A stretch of 64,000 nucleotides of DNA from the sequence record OM339718.1. One strand, given 5' to 3'. Positions within the stretch are counted from its first letter, which is position 1, and each line of letters starts with the position of its first letter. A model generated the notes under the pieces. That model saw nothing but the letters and a program-made list of their open reading frames with translations, was not told the origin of the DNA and ran no database searches. Positions 26,895 to 35,678 of the stretch are shown one piece after another. The translations under genes and the position numbers were made by a program.

Positions 26895-27256
26895 TGATTT
26901 CTAAAATTAAAGATATGTTTTATAGTGACCCACTTCCACCATCTATCCCAACCACGGATGCGATGATCCAGCAGCTAGAAGCTCTAAAAGAACAAGCTGA
27001 AAAGCGAGCTGAAACTGATACCAATGCTATTGGGTATACGATGGTACAGATGGATGACCTCACTAATGCACATATGAAAGACCTGAAAGATCTTGAAGCT
27101 TCGTATGAAGCACAGAAACAACTTTTGACGAATGAACATCAACATACCATTGGGGAGTTGGAGACTGTTGTGTCTAAGTTGAAGTCGTCTAAGGTAAAAT
27201 CAACTTCTATTGCTCTTACCCTTCGCACACAACTTGATATCCTCAAAGGTTGCTAA
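26891..27256 (+). CDS. Hypothetical coiled-coil protein
   Basis: Heptad-rich helical sequence. Confidence 0.7.
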   Translation: MMISKIKDMFYSDPLPPSIPTTDAMIQQLEALKEQAEKRAETDTNAIGYTMVQMDDLTNAHMKDLKDLEASYEAQKQLLTNEHQHTIGELETVVSKLKSSKVKSTSIALTLRTQLDILKGC

Positions 27257-27261
27257 AGTTG

Positions 27262-27297
27262 TTGACAGAGTATCCCCTGATGTGGGATACTCTTTTT
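27262..27297 (+). promoter_or_regulatory. Early promoter overlapping a terminator-like hairpin
   Basis: TTGACA-N18-GATACT; AGAGTATCCC/GGGATACTCT stem plus T-run. Confidence 0.7.
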
Positions 27298-27321
27298 GTC
27301 GAAACAAACCGAGGAATAGTT

Positions 27322-27435
27322 ATGAAAATATCACTGGAAATGCTGATTGCTAAGTATGGTAAAAAAGCTCGCTTGTATGATGTTCTCATGGCAGAATTCA
27401 AAATGAACAATATTAAATGTGTAGGTAAAGTATGA
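27322..27435 (+). CDS. Small hypothetical protein
   Basis: GAGG SD before ATG 27322. Confidence 0.55.
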   Translation: MKISLEMLIAKYGKKARLYDVLMAEFKMNNIKCVGKV

Positions 27436-27875
27436 AAAGAACAATTAACGCAATTAACGACGTGGCATCAATTCTTGGCTTCCGCCCCGCTAATGGTACA
27501 GATACCGGTGCTCGTGGGTTCTCTGTTTTGGATGGGTTTGGTCGGGTGCAATTTGTGTCATTTAAAGTAATGTGTAATTTGGTTACCGATTTTGCATTTA
27601 TTCAAAAAATACCAAAAACTCACAAAAAACCTTTTTATGATATTACCGTCAATAACGAAGAATCTGTTTTGATTCGATTTAACAACGGAATGGTATTGTT
27701 TTACGATAAATTTATTGTTGACCGGGCTATTAGAACCGCAAAAAGCGTATCACCTCACCTTTATCACGAACTTCAATACGCAAAGAAAAAGAATGGTCAC
27801 CATGGTTCTTATATTCAATGGAGCCATTTTTGGAGTGGTTATGGTGTTGTAATGGTAAGTCCTTCTAAAAAATAA
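27432..27875 (+). CDS. Hypothetical protein
   Basis: ATGA overlap. Confidence 0.72.
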   Translation: MKRTINAINDVASILGFRPANGTDTGARGFSVLDGFGRVQFVSFKVMCNLVTDFAFIQKIPKTHKKPFYDITVNNEESVLIRFNNGMVLFYDKFIVDRAIRTAKSVSPHLYHELQYAKKKNGHHGSYIQWSHFWSGYGVVMVSPSKK

Positions 27876-27885
27876 GGTATAAATT

Positions 27886-28176
27886 ATGGATTATTCAGCA
27901 AAAAGTCTTAAAGAAGCTATTTTGAACATGGATGACGTTAGTGGTATTGACGTTACCCCGGTTATTCGAAAAGTTTATGAATTTATGGCAAAAACCAAAA
28001 GTTTAGCTTATCGTTATATGGGCGATGAACTTATGTCTCTTGCTGCACAAGAACAGAAAAGTTTTTCTCGTGTATCAGATAAATTTATTTCTGAACTCCG
28101 AAATTTGGGGTATACTGTTTCGGTAGAACAACAACGTGGGTTTAACTGTCCACCAATCTATATCATCAAGGCATAA
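27886..28176 (+). CDS. Hypothetical protein
   Basis: AAGG SD. Confidence 0.72.
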   Translation: MDYSAKSLKEAILNMDDVSGIDVTPVIRKVYEFMAKTKSLAYRYMGDELMSLAAQEQKSFSRVSDKFISELRNLGYTVSVEQQRGFNCPPIYIIKA

Positions 28177-28177
28177 T

Positions 28178-28474
28178 ATGATCATGTTCAAAGATATAAA
28201 AACAAAACATTTCCACGAATTGAAATTTGAAGTTGTGATTTCTCCAAAGAATTTCTGTATTGATGTAGAGATCTGGAAAGATCATTTCTATGAAAGTTTT
28301 GTTGATTTTTGTGATCAATATGTTGATGATTTTAATACCTCCATCGTTCCGGATGATGATAATGTTCTGGAATTTGTGATAACTTCTGACACAGTTGGTG
28401 GTATTATCGATGCGTATAAGTATGTTGAAAGTTACCTTTCTGAATGTGCATATACAATTAATACTATGGGGTAA
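28178..28474 (+). CDS. Hypothetical acidic protein
   Basis: ATG 28178 just after upstream stop. Confidence 0.7.
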   Translation: MIMFKDIKTKHFHELKFEVVISPKNFCIDVEIWKDHFYESFVDFCDQYVDDFNTSIVPDDDNVLEFVITSDTVGGIIDAYKYVESYLSECAYTINTMG

Positions 28475-28478
28475 TTAG

Positions 28479-29447
28479 ATGAGTGAATTGATTTTTGAGT
28501 GTGTGTTTGGATCTAAGTTGTATGGAACAGACACCCCAGAAAGTGATACTGATTATAAGGGTGTATTCCTCCCAGAACCACGACAGATCATCATGGGAAC
28601 AAAAGAGGTTTATCACAGGGATACCGGAGCTAAAGGGTCTGCGAACACGGCGGACGACATCGACCGAGAGTATTTTTCTCTGAAAAAGTTCATTCAAATG
28701 GCTTCTAAGGGGGAAACTGCGGCTATTGATATGCTTCACGCACCTATCGATAAAGTGATGACAAACTCCGAGATCTTCCAACATTTGCGAAACAACCGGT
28801 CTGATTTTTACACAACCAAGATGAAAGCTTATCTTGGTTATGTTCGTAAACAGGCAAGTAAGTATGGGGTTAAAGGGTCTCGTCTCCAAGAGCTTAATTC
28901 TGTGTTGTCTTTCATCGAGAATCGTCCTGTAAGCTTGTATGGGGATGACCGATTGGGTGGTCTTGTATCTGGTATGCCCCAGAGTGAAAACTTGATTATT
29001 GGTAAGTTTGTAGACCCCAGCCATCAGACCGTCTATTATTACGAGGTACTTGGTCGCAAATATCTGTTTGGGATCCGTTACTCTGAGTTTGTAGAACAGA
29101 TTATGAAGATCAAATCTGAATATGGGGCTCGGGCTGAAAAGGCTTCGTCTGGTATCGATTGGAAGGCGATGAGTCACGCAATTCGTGGTGCGGAACAACT
29201 TCTTGAAATTTACACAACTGGTGATCTTCAATTCCCCTTGAAAAATGCGGAATACATCAAGCTTGTAAAACAAGGTAAGTTGGATTTTTCAAAGGAAGTT
29301 CAACCGTACCTTGAGGATGTTATGGACCGAGCGGAGGCAGCGGCGGTAATCGCATCCAAAAACGGTATGCCCGATGAAGTAGACCACGATTATTGGAACA
29401 ATTTCATTTATGAATATTATGTAAACGAGGTAATTGAACGTGGATAA
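28479..29447 (+). CDS. Pol-beta-superfamily nucleotidyltransferase (T4 nrdC.11 / RlaP-like)
   Basis: FGSKLYGTDTPESDTDYKGVF, YLGY, WKAMSHAIR. Confidence 0.85.
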   Translation: MSELIFECVFGSKLYGTDTPESDTDYKGVFLPEPRQIIMGTKEVYHRDTGAKGSANTADDIDREYFSLKKFIQMASKGETAAIDMLHAPIDKVMTNSEIFQHLRNNRSDFYTTKMKAYLGYVRKQASKYGVKGSRLQELNSVLSFIENRPVSLYGDDRLGGLVSGMPQSENLIIGKFVDPSHQTVYYYEVLGRKYLFGIRYSEFVEQIMKIKSEYGARAEKASSGIDWKAMSHAIRGAEQLLEIYTTGDLQFPLKNAEYIKLVKQGKLDFSKEVQPYLEDVMDRAEAAAVIASKNGMPDEVDHDYWNNFIYEYYVNEVIERG

Positions 29448-29661
29448 AAGTGGTAGCTTTAGGGTAAACGATATGGTTTTTAAGAGACCAGTTCATGTTG
29501 TAGTTGATATGGACAAAGTTGAATCAATTGGTGACATGAAAGAACTATTGATGATTGTTCTTGGTTCTATGTGCGGTGGTAGTGGTATGGAAACAAAGTT
29601 AAACCTATATCTACCGGAAGAACTTGTAGACACCAAACCATTTTTAAAGAGGGTTTCGTAA
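29434..29661 (+). CDS. Hypothetical protein
   Basis: Co-directional; start uncertain. Confidence 0.6.
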   Translation: MNVDKSGSFRVNDMVFKRPVHVVVDMDKVESIGDMKELLMIVLGSMCGGSGMETKLNLYLPEELVDTKPFLKRVS

Positions 29662-29939
29662 TGCTTAGTGCTTATGTAACAATGATTTATGTTTTTGCTT
29701 TTATCAATACAATTACGTCAGTTCGTAGTGTCCTGATCTTGGACGGGAAACTTGAGCCAAAATTTGGATTCGATTTTGACCTTATCGAACGGTATGAACC
29801 GATCCGGAAAAAGAAGGTTGGTCTTGGTTTTAACCCAAAACCCTTTCGTTGGTGCGCTATCCCAGTTACAGTACTAATCGATTCTGTTATTTGGCCTGCT
29901 ACTATTCTTGGTTGGATTGTCAAAATCTTCAAAAAATAA
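29661..29939 (+). CDS. Membrane protein
   Basis: Two hydrophobic segments; TAATG overlap. Confidence 0.68.
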   Translation: MLSAYVTMIYVFAFINTITSVRSVLILDGKLEPKFGFDFDLIERYEPIRKKKVGLGFNPKPFRWCAIPVTVLIDSVIWPATILGWIVKIFKK

Positions 29940-29940
29940 G

Positions 29941-29969
29941 TTGACTATAGTTCTGGGAGATGGGATACT
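29941..29969 (+). promoter_or_regulatory. Early promoter
   Basis: TTGACT-N17-GATACT. Confidence 0.65.
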
Positions 29970-29997
29970 CTAGTTGAACTTGAGAAGGAGATGAATT

Positions 29998-30213
29998 ATG
30001 TGGTTGATTAATATGTTTTACAAGATGTTTCGTTTTGTATTCACCAATATGATTCCTTTCCTTCTGTACTTCGCGTTTTGGGCTCTGAACGTACACACCA
30101 TGATCTATATTCCGGGGGCTCCGAATGAGGTATACCTTCGGTTTGTGGCTGCGGTTTTGTTCCCATTTGGTGTAGTATGGGGTATGGTTGACGCTGTTAT
30201 GTTGTTGATTTAA
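29998..30213 (+). CDS. Membrane protein
   Basis: AAGGAG SD; two hydrophobic helices. Confidence 0.72.
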   Translation: MWLINMFYKMFRFVFTNMIPFLLYFAFWALNVHTMIYIPGAPNEVYLRFVAAVLFPFGVVWGMVDAVMLLI

Positions 30214-30293
30214 TTGATAAACCCTAAATACTACTGACAGTATTAACTGTTGTGTGAGAACCAAATGGTTCCTCTCTCGATAAGAGGGTAAAA

Positions 30294-30668
30294 ATGAAAA
30301 CAATAAAGCAGTCTATTATTGAGTCACTTGAAACCGCACTTGAAAATGATTTTACAAATTATAGACAAACTGCGGGTCTTTGTTCAAATATCTATTACGA
30401 CCTCAAGAAAAAGCAAAATCACATAATGCCAGATAAAACAAAATCTTTTGTTGGGACGATATACGCGATCCTTCAAGAGACTTTTGTTACTTGGCCTCAT
30501 TATTCTGGAATGCTGGGTTATCCTATTCCTTCTGGGTGTGGGATTAAACCTGACGTATTCTACAAGATGATGAGAAAAGACGCTGGTATGTATGATGGTG
30601 TTTATGGGGATTATAGGTATGATCTTGCTGAATGGATCATATCTGAATTGAAGAAAGATATAGGTTGA
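30294..30668 (+). CDS. Hypothetical protein
   Basis: GAGG SD. Confidence 0.72.
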   Translation: MKTIKQSIIESLETALENDFTNYRQTAGLCSNIYYDLKKKQNHIMPDKTKSFVGTIYAILQETFVTWPHYSGMLGYPIPSGCGIKPDVFYKMMRKDAGMYDGVYGDYRYDLAEWIISELKKDIG

Positions 30669-30703
30669 CATGTTCACGGTATAGGGAGATAATCCTTATA
30701 CCG
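30665..30703 (+). promoter_or_regulatory. Early promoter with -10 in a hairpin loop
   Basis: TTGACA-N17-GATAAT; CGGTATAGG/CCTTATACCG arms. Confidence 0.65.
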
Positions 30704-30725
30704 TTTTATTTTTTGGAGAATCTAA

Positions 30726-30917
30726 ATGTTTGAAGTTGATTTTGATTTTGATGGTATGGAGATTTTGGTTGAACGTCGCAAGGCAGTTTCTAAGATGAAA
30801 CCAATCTGTTCTGAATGTGGTTCTGAACAGATCCAGATCACCAACTGGTTCAATCAGATTTGTGATATGCGATGTCGTCGGTGTAAACATAAATTTGTTA
30901 TTGACAGTGGTGTTTAG
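30726..30917 (+). CDS. Small Zn-ribbon protein
   Basis: CSECGS...CRRCKHKF; GGAG SD. Confidence 0.72.
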   Translation: MFEVDFDFDGMEILVERRKAVSKMKPICSECGSEQIQITNWFNQICDMRCRRCKHKFVIDSGV

Positions 30918-30950
30918 ATCTGAGAAGATATCGATATTGGAACAGTTGAG

Positions 30951-31151
30951 GTGATTGATATGGAAACTTTGTTTGCTCTGGTTCTTACATCATGTGTAAT
31001 CGATATTAACAACAATCCTGTGTGTGAGACTTTCCAAGTCGAATTATCAACCACCAAAGAGATCTGCGAAGAAAGGAAATTGGAAAATATGTCTTTTCTT
31101 TTTGAAGAAGATCGTTTAGACTGCGAACTTGTAAAATACGAAAAGGAATAA
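30951..31151 (+). CDS. Small exported/membrane protein
   Basis: GAGGTG SD; hydrophobic N-terminus, Cys residues. Confidence 0.62.
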   Translation: MIDMETLFALVLTSCVIDINNNPVCETFQVELSTTKEICEERKLENMSFLFEEDRLDCELVKYEKE

Positions 31152-31155
31152 AATT

Positions 31156-31836
31156 ATGAACCCATTTGTAAAATATGTACATCAGTACCTTCGTGGTGAG
31201 GTTGATGTATATAAAAACCCATATAACTATGTCCGGAAACCTCTTAACGGACGTCAGGCTGCGACATATACAGCTCGTATCCTAAACAAAAAATTCCTTC
31301 ATAATCTAATGAGGGAATATGGCCCACGAACTTCGTTTGATGTTTATGGTCATATTAATTATTCTTGTGATTTCCACCAACACTCATCAAAATCCGTTGT
31401 TATTAAAATTGGTAATGCAAAAAAATATCGAACTGGTGTGACTCGATATGTCCACCATCTTCTTACTACCGTAGCACAAGTAACAAACGGTTTGATGGTT
31501 GGAAAACTTAAAGTTCACAAGTCTAATGATGCTATCACGACTAATGGACGCCCTATCGGGAAGGAAGTCGAGTCTCATGTAGATTTTGAAATTCTCCTTG
31601 ACCTCAACATGTTATTTGGTGCGGTAGAACCATCTCAAGATATGAAAGAACAACATACATCTGTTTCTACACCATCTATTGAAGATGCATTCAAAGTTTT
31701 GAATGATGAATACAATCGCCTGAATGGTGAATTGACAAGCATCTCCAAAGAGATCAACGTCCTTACTGCAAAAGAAAAAGTCGCAAAAGAAAAACTGATG
31801 GAATTTAAATCTAAGTATACCAATTTCGGGGAATAA
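31156..31836 (+). CDS. Hypothetical protein with C-terminal coiled coil
   Basis: 226 aa co-directional ORF. Confidence 0.75.
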   Translation: MNPFVKYVHQYLRGEVDVYKNPYNYVRKPLNGRQAATYTARILNKKFLHNLMREYGPRTSFDVYGHINYSCDFHQHSSKSVVIKIGNAKKYRTGVTRYVHHLLTTVAQVTNGLMVGKLKVHKSNDAITTNGRPIGKEVESHVDFEILLDLNMLFGAVEPSQDMKEQHTSVSTPSIEDAFKVLNDEYNRLNGELTSISKEINVLTAKEKVAKEKLMEFKSKYTNFGE

Positions 31837-31838
31837 AA

Positions 31839-32249
31839 ATGAAAATCACGACTTACGCAAAGAAAGTTTTCAAAAACGAGATAGACGTTTTCGGTAATAA
31901 ACTGGGCTTCGGAAAATATAGCGGACTCCGATATCCATATGGAATGAACAAGTTTATCAATACCCTCCAACGTATGGTTCAAATGAATGAATATTATGAA
32001 CCAACTTGTCTCAATGGGTTTGATAAGCATGTATCAATCCAGATTAAGGATTTGGAACCAAATGACTTTGCCCCTGCGCGATGGGTCATTGTATTCCATC
32101 AGAAACCAGATTGTGGTGAGAAAATGATTGAACAACTATGTCGGATGGGTCGTTCTATTGAAAGTATGACCAAACAAGAGAATTTCGATATTGGAACAGT
32201 TGTTACCGGTGGGAAACTTCAATCTGTATCATTCGTTTTCTACAAGTAA
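31839..32249 (+). CDS. Hypothetical protein
   Basis: Co-directional. Confidence 0.72.
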   Translation: MKITTYAKKVFKNEIDVFGNKLGFGKYSGLRYPYGMNKFINTLQRMVQMNEYYEPTCLNGFDKHVSIQIKDLEPNDFAPARWVIVFHQKPDCGEKMIEQLCRMGRSIESMTKQENFDIGTVVTGGKLQSVSFVFYK

Positions 32250-32257
32250 GGGGTTGT

Positions 32258-32683
32258 ATGAAATTTATTATTCGGGTAAAATATAGAACTGGTGATAGTT
32301 TTAATACATATGATGACGAACGAATCCTAGCACCTGTTTGGTTTGACAACGACGATGCTATGAAGGCACTTGTTGAGATCTACGAGTTCAACGAGTTCTA
32401 CAATGCATACAACAACGAACGTTGGACACCAGCAAAACAGGAAATGGTTAAGGATCTGGCTTCTCGTCGTCCATGGGCCAAGGATACAGAAGACCCTTTC
32501 GATTTCTTCTCATCCATGAATATTCATCACTCTGATGGTAGGATCAAAATTGATATGGATTTCGTAACGGGATATTTCGAACACTTTGAAAGTGCAGAAA
32601 TTGAGGTTAAGATTGACAAGACCACAGATTATGGATACAGTGGTGGTTATGATGATCTGGTAAAGAAGTATGGCAATCATTGA
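32258..32683 (+). CDS. Hypothetical protein
   Basis: Y.TGDSF motif; AAGGGG SD. Confidence 0.72.
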   Translation: MKFIIRVKYRTGDSFNTYDDERILAPVWFDNDDAMKALVEIYEFNEFYNAYNNERWTPAKQEMVKDLASRRPWAKDTEDPFDFFSSMNIHHSDGRIKIDMDFVTGYFEHFESAEIEVKIDKTTDYGYSGGYDDLVKKYGNH

Positions 32684-33119
32684 CATCTATTCTGGGAGCC
32701 GGGATTGGATTGAACGTGAGTTGTCAAACTTCACAGAACACCCATTTACATTCGATGGTGTGTTTTATCGGACGATTGAGGCTTTCTTACAAAGCCTCAA
32801 ATATGAAAATCCCCCAGACATAAACACTCTGAGAGGTCATGAAGTTTATAAGGTTTGTCATTCTAATAGGGGGTGGCAGAAAGACCTTACCATGTGGTAT
32901 AAAGGAAAGCCTGTAAACCGCCTCAGTGAAGCGTATAGCAATCTTTTGTATAACGCATACCTTTCAATGGCAGAACAGAACAAATCATTCCTAGAGGCTC
33001 TGGTGCACTCAAAACCGCATGTATTGACCCATACTATGGGTTGTAAGGATCCACACCTCACAATTCTGACAGAAAAAGAGTTTTGTGACATTTTGAACGA
33101 GATTAGAGAACAACTTTGA
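32670..33119 (+). CDS. 30.3: NADAR-family protein, T4 gp30.3 ortholog
   Basis: LSNFTEHPFTFDG..IEAFLQSLK and LTHTM..TILTEKEFCDILN align with T4 gp30.3. Confidence 0.88.
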   Translation: MAIIDIYSGSRDWIERELSNFTEHPFTFDGVFYRTIEAFLQSLKYENPPDINTLRGHEVYKVCHSNRGWQKDLTMWYKGKPVNRLSEAYSNLLYNAYLSMAEQNKSFLEALVHSKPHVLTHTMGCKDPHLTILTEKEFCDILNEIREQL

Positions 33120-33514
33120 CCCCACATTCTGTTTTGTTCCGTTATCTTGACGGACTCCCCGTATCTGACGAAGAAGTTAAAATTCTTGTTGACTATGCAA
33201 AAGAAAAATTTAATAATAAACCGTGTATTTTGTATAGGTGGTCGTCTAAGAATCCACACGATGACCACACGATGAATAGCTTTTCTTCTTGTGCTAAAAC
33301 GGCTCGGTCTGTTGGATCATACTTCCAGAAGACAAACGATGGACACACATACGAAGTAGAAGCAGTTCCAGTCCTTTCAATCGATAACATCAGGTTCATG
33401 ATCCACAAGTTCTGTGATTATGAACCATATAAAAAGATTCTACTTAGGATCTTGAAACAGGAAGGGGAATACCTCGTCCTAAACTCTGATATAATTTCAA
33501 TGAGGATTATCTAA
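33116..33514 (+). CDS. Putative R-S-E-class ADP-ribosyltransferase
   Basis: LYR, SFSSCAKTA, YEVEA, QEGEYLV in canonical order; TTGA overlap with NADAR. Confidence 0.55.
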   Translation: MTPHSVLFRYLDGLPVSDEEVKILVDYAKEKFNNKPCILYRWSSKNPHDDHTMNSFSSCAKTARSVGSYFQKTNDGHTYEVEAVPVLSIDNIRFMIHKFCDYEPYKKILLRILKQEGEYLVLNSDIISMRII

Positions 33515-34311
33515 TGTATAAATTGTTTGTTACTTATAAAGACTTCAATATCAGTAATGCAATTGTTGATTTTAAACAGTTTGCCGGTGGGGAATGGAAC
33601 GTCAAACTTCCAAAAGATGTTATTGAATATGGGTCTTATGAGACAGAAACTGTTCGTGTTGATGCAAGTATCCACGATGGCGATATCATGAAACTGGCGA
33701 TCCTTACGGATGCACTTCACCGATTCTTCGGGACTGGTGTGCGATACGTTTTGGACCTTTCCTATCTCCCTTATGCTCGACAAGACCGAGTTATGACAGA
33801 AGGTGAAAGCCTGTCTTTGCGTGTCTTTTGTGATTTCATCAACTCTATGAAATATGATTTGGTTTGTCTCACAGACCCACATTCCGATGTAGCAACCGCA
33901 TTGATCAATAACGTATCTGTTAACAAACAGTGGTGTTGGGGTTCTCAAGGGATTTCCCGTCATAATTATGACGCAATCGTATCCCCGGATGCAGGTGCTC
34001 TGAAAAAGATTTATCCTCAAGCTCAAAGTGCGGGACTACCTGTAATTGAAGCCATGAAGACTCGTGACATCAACACTGGTGAAGTTAGCGAACCTCGTTT
34101 CAATGCTGACGTCAAAGGTAAGCGGTTGTTGATCGTAGACGATATTTGTGATGGTGGTCGTTCTTTCCTAAATCTTGGTAAAGTATTGAAAGAGTCTGGT
34201 GCGGTTCGAGTGGACCTGTTTGTTACCCATGGAATTTTTTCTTACAACGCCAAAGAAAACCTTGCACAGTACATCGACAACGTATATACTCGTTTCGACT
34301 GGACAAAATAA
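33514..34311 (+). CDS. PRPP-synthetase-like enzyme (likely NARP1 Adps)
   Basis: FAGGE, YLPYARQDR, DPHS, VSPDAGA, LIVDDICDGG. Confidence 0.9.
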   Translation: MYKLFVTYKDFNISNAIVDFKQFAGGEWNVKLPKDVIEYGSYETETVRVDASIHDGDIMKLAILTDALHRFFGTGVRYVLDLSYLPYARQDRVMTEGESLSLRVFCDFINSMKYDLVCLTDPHSDVATALINNVSVNKQWCWGSQGISRHNYDAIVSPDAGALKKIYPQAQSAGLPVIEAMKTRDINTGEVSEPRFNADVKGKRLLIVDDICDGGRSFLNLGKVLKESGAVRVDLFVTHGIFSYNAKENLAQYIDNVYTRFDWTK

Positions 34312-34321
34312 GGAACTAAAC

Positions 34322-34501
34322 ATGATGAGTATCGAAACTATGACCCAAATCATTAACTCCCGTATCGATGAACTTCTGGCTAACCAATCTGTTCAGGAAA
34401 TGTTGATGCGAGAAAAGGCGAATGGGATGAACGAAGAAGGGATCAAGAATCTTGTTCATAATCTGGCTATCGGTACTCTCTGTTTTGGAGAAAAGAAATG
34501 A
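34322..34501 (+). CDS. Small hypothetical protein
   Basis: AAGGA SD before ATG 34322. Confidence 0.65.
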   Translation: MMSIETMTQIINSRIDELLANQSVQEMLMREKANGMNEEGIKNLVHNLAIGTLCFGEKK

Positions 34502-34935
34502 TTAATTCAATTACATATGTATTGAAGAAAGAAGACTGTCACGAATCATATCAACCTATCACTATCAAGATCATTGGTGAAATTCCAATGGACGAAGTGA
34601 AAAAGGTACACCAAATCCGGATGTTTGACCGATATCATGACTGGTTCCGTTCGGAAGAAAATGATATCGAGATCATTGATACTGGTCGTGATACAATCGG
34701 TGATTATAAATTCATCGAGTATGATCTTAAAGATGGTAAAGTTTTGACCGTAGTTTTCTCTAAGCTGGTAAACCATGATCATATGGATGAATTTATTGGA
34801 CGTATCATTCATAAACGGCGGCTTGGTAGTAGCCTCGGTAGTTGTCGAGCTAAACGGGCTGGGTTTATTTGCGGCGAACGAAAGTTCGGAAAAAGTGAAT
34901 CTCTTCGTATTGACTATGAGGGGAACAAATTTTGA
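34498..34935 (+). CDS. Hypothetical protein
   Basis: ATGA overlap. Confidence 0.72.
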   Translation: MINSITYVLKKEDCHESYQPITIKIIGEIPMDEVKKVHQIRMFDRYHDWFRSEENDIEIIDTGRDTIGDYKFIEYDLKDGKVLTVVFSKLVNHDHMDEFIGRIIHKRRLGSSLGSCRAKRAGFICGERKFGKSESLRIDYEGNKF

Positions 34936-35123
34936 TGAATAAATGGCAAACCCCCGGACGGGTTATGACAAAAATAATCGACATTACGCTCGAAAATATT
35001 GGATATAATCTATCCGATTTGGTGGTACATTCTTACAAAGATGAAGGTGATTGCATTCTTGTAAACTTAGAGTTTAAGGAAGGTGGTGATCTGGTTGTTC
35101 AAAGAACAAGGTTGGTGTTATGA
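34932..35123 (+). CDS. Hypothetical protein
   Basis: Overlapping start. Confidence 0.55.
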   Translation: MMNKWQTPGRVMTKIIDITLENIGYNLSDLVVHSYKDEGDCILVNLEFKEGGDLVVQRTRLVL

Positions 35124-35662
35124 GAATTTATTTTATTGACAATATTCCTTATGTTGTAGAAAACGCCGACGGGGATGTTTCTGATTATGCGGAACTCCGT
35201 TGTCGGCTGGATCGGTTTACCATGTCAAGTAACTATGTGGTTGACTATAAAGATGATATTTTTGTTTTCATAAAAAATCGCTATTCGTCCGAAAAAATAG
35301 TTTTGTTTTCCTTCGATAGTGTGGTAGAGTATATTCAACAGTTTGAAGAGGAACCTGTTAGTAAATTCACCAGAATGGTAGGATTTGAAGATACCCCAAA
35401 AATCATCAATGAATACCGCAAAAAATTTACTTTTAAACCTAACGTGACCTCGATATACTACAAATCAGATAGACATCGGGTCGAATTTATGAGAGACCAT
35501 CGAAACATCGGTTGGCTTACTGCGATTGATAATTTTGTGATGGATGGGCAGGTTTGTAAAATTTGTGATGATGGTTCTGTAAATTTTGTTGACGTTAAAA
35601 CAGAAACAACGTATTCTATGAGAAAAGATACGTTAGAAAAATACTTTACCCAAATTATGTAA
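35120..35662 (+). CDS. Hypothetical protein
   Basis: ATGA overlap. Confidence 0.72.
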   Translation: MRIYFIDNIPYVVENADGDVSDYAELRCRLDRFTMSSNYVVDYKDDIFVFIKNRYSSEKIVLFSFDSVVEYIQQFEEEPVSKFTRMVGFEDTPKIINEYRKKFTFKPNVTSIYYKSDRHRVEFMRDHRNIGWLTAIDNFVMDGQVCKICDDGSVNFVDVKTETTYSMRKDTLEKYFTQIM

Positions 35663-35678
35663 TAAGGAAAATGAGAAA

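Noticed and set aside
28464-29273. 269 aa minus-strand ORF
   Set aside because: Lies wholly opposite the nucleotidyltransferase; no recognisable features
30250-30290. Short hairpin GAGAACC/GGTTC as a tRNA fragment
   Set aside because: No cloverleaf, T-loop consensus or acceptor stem; I saw no tRNA anywhere in the window
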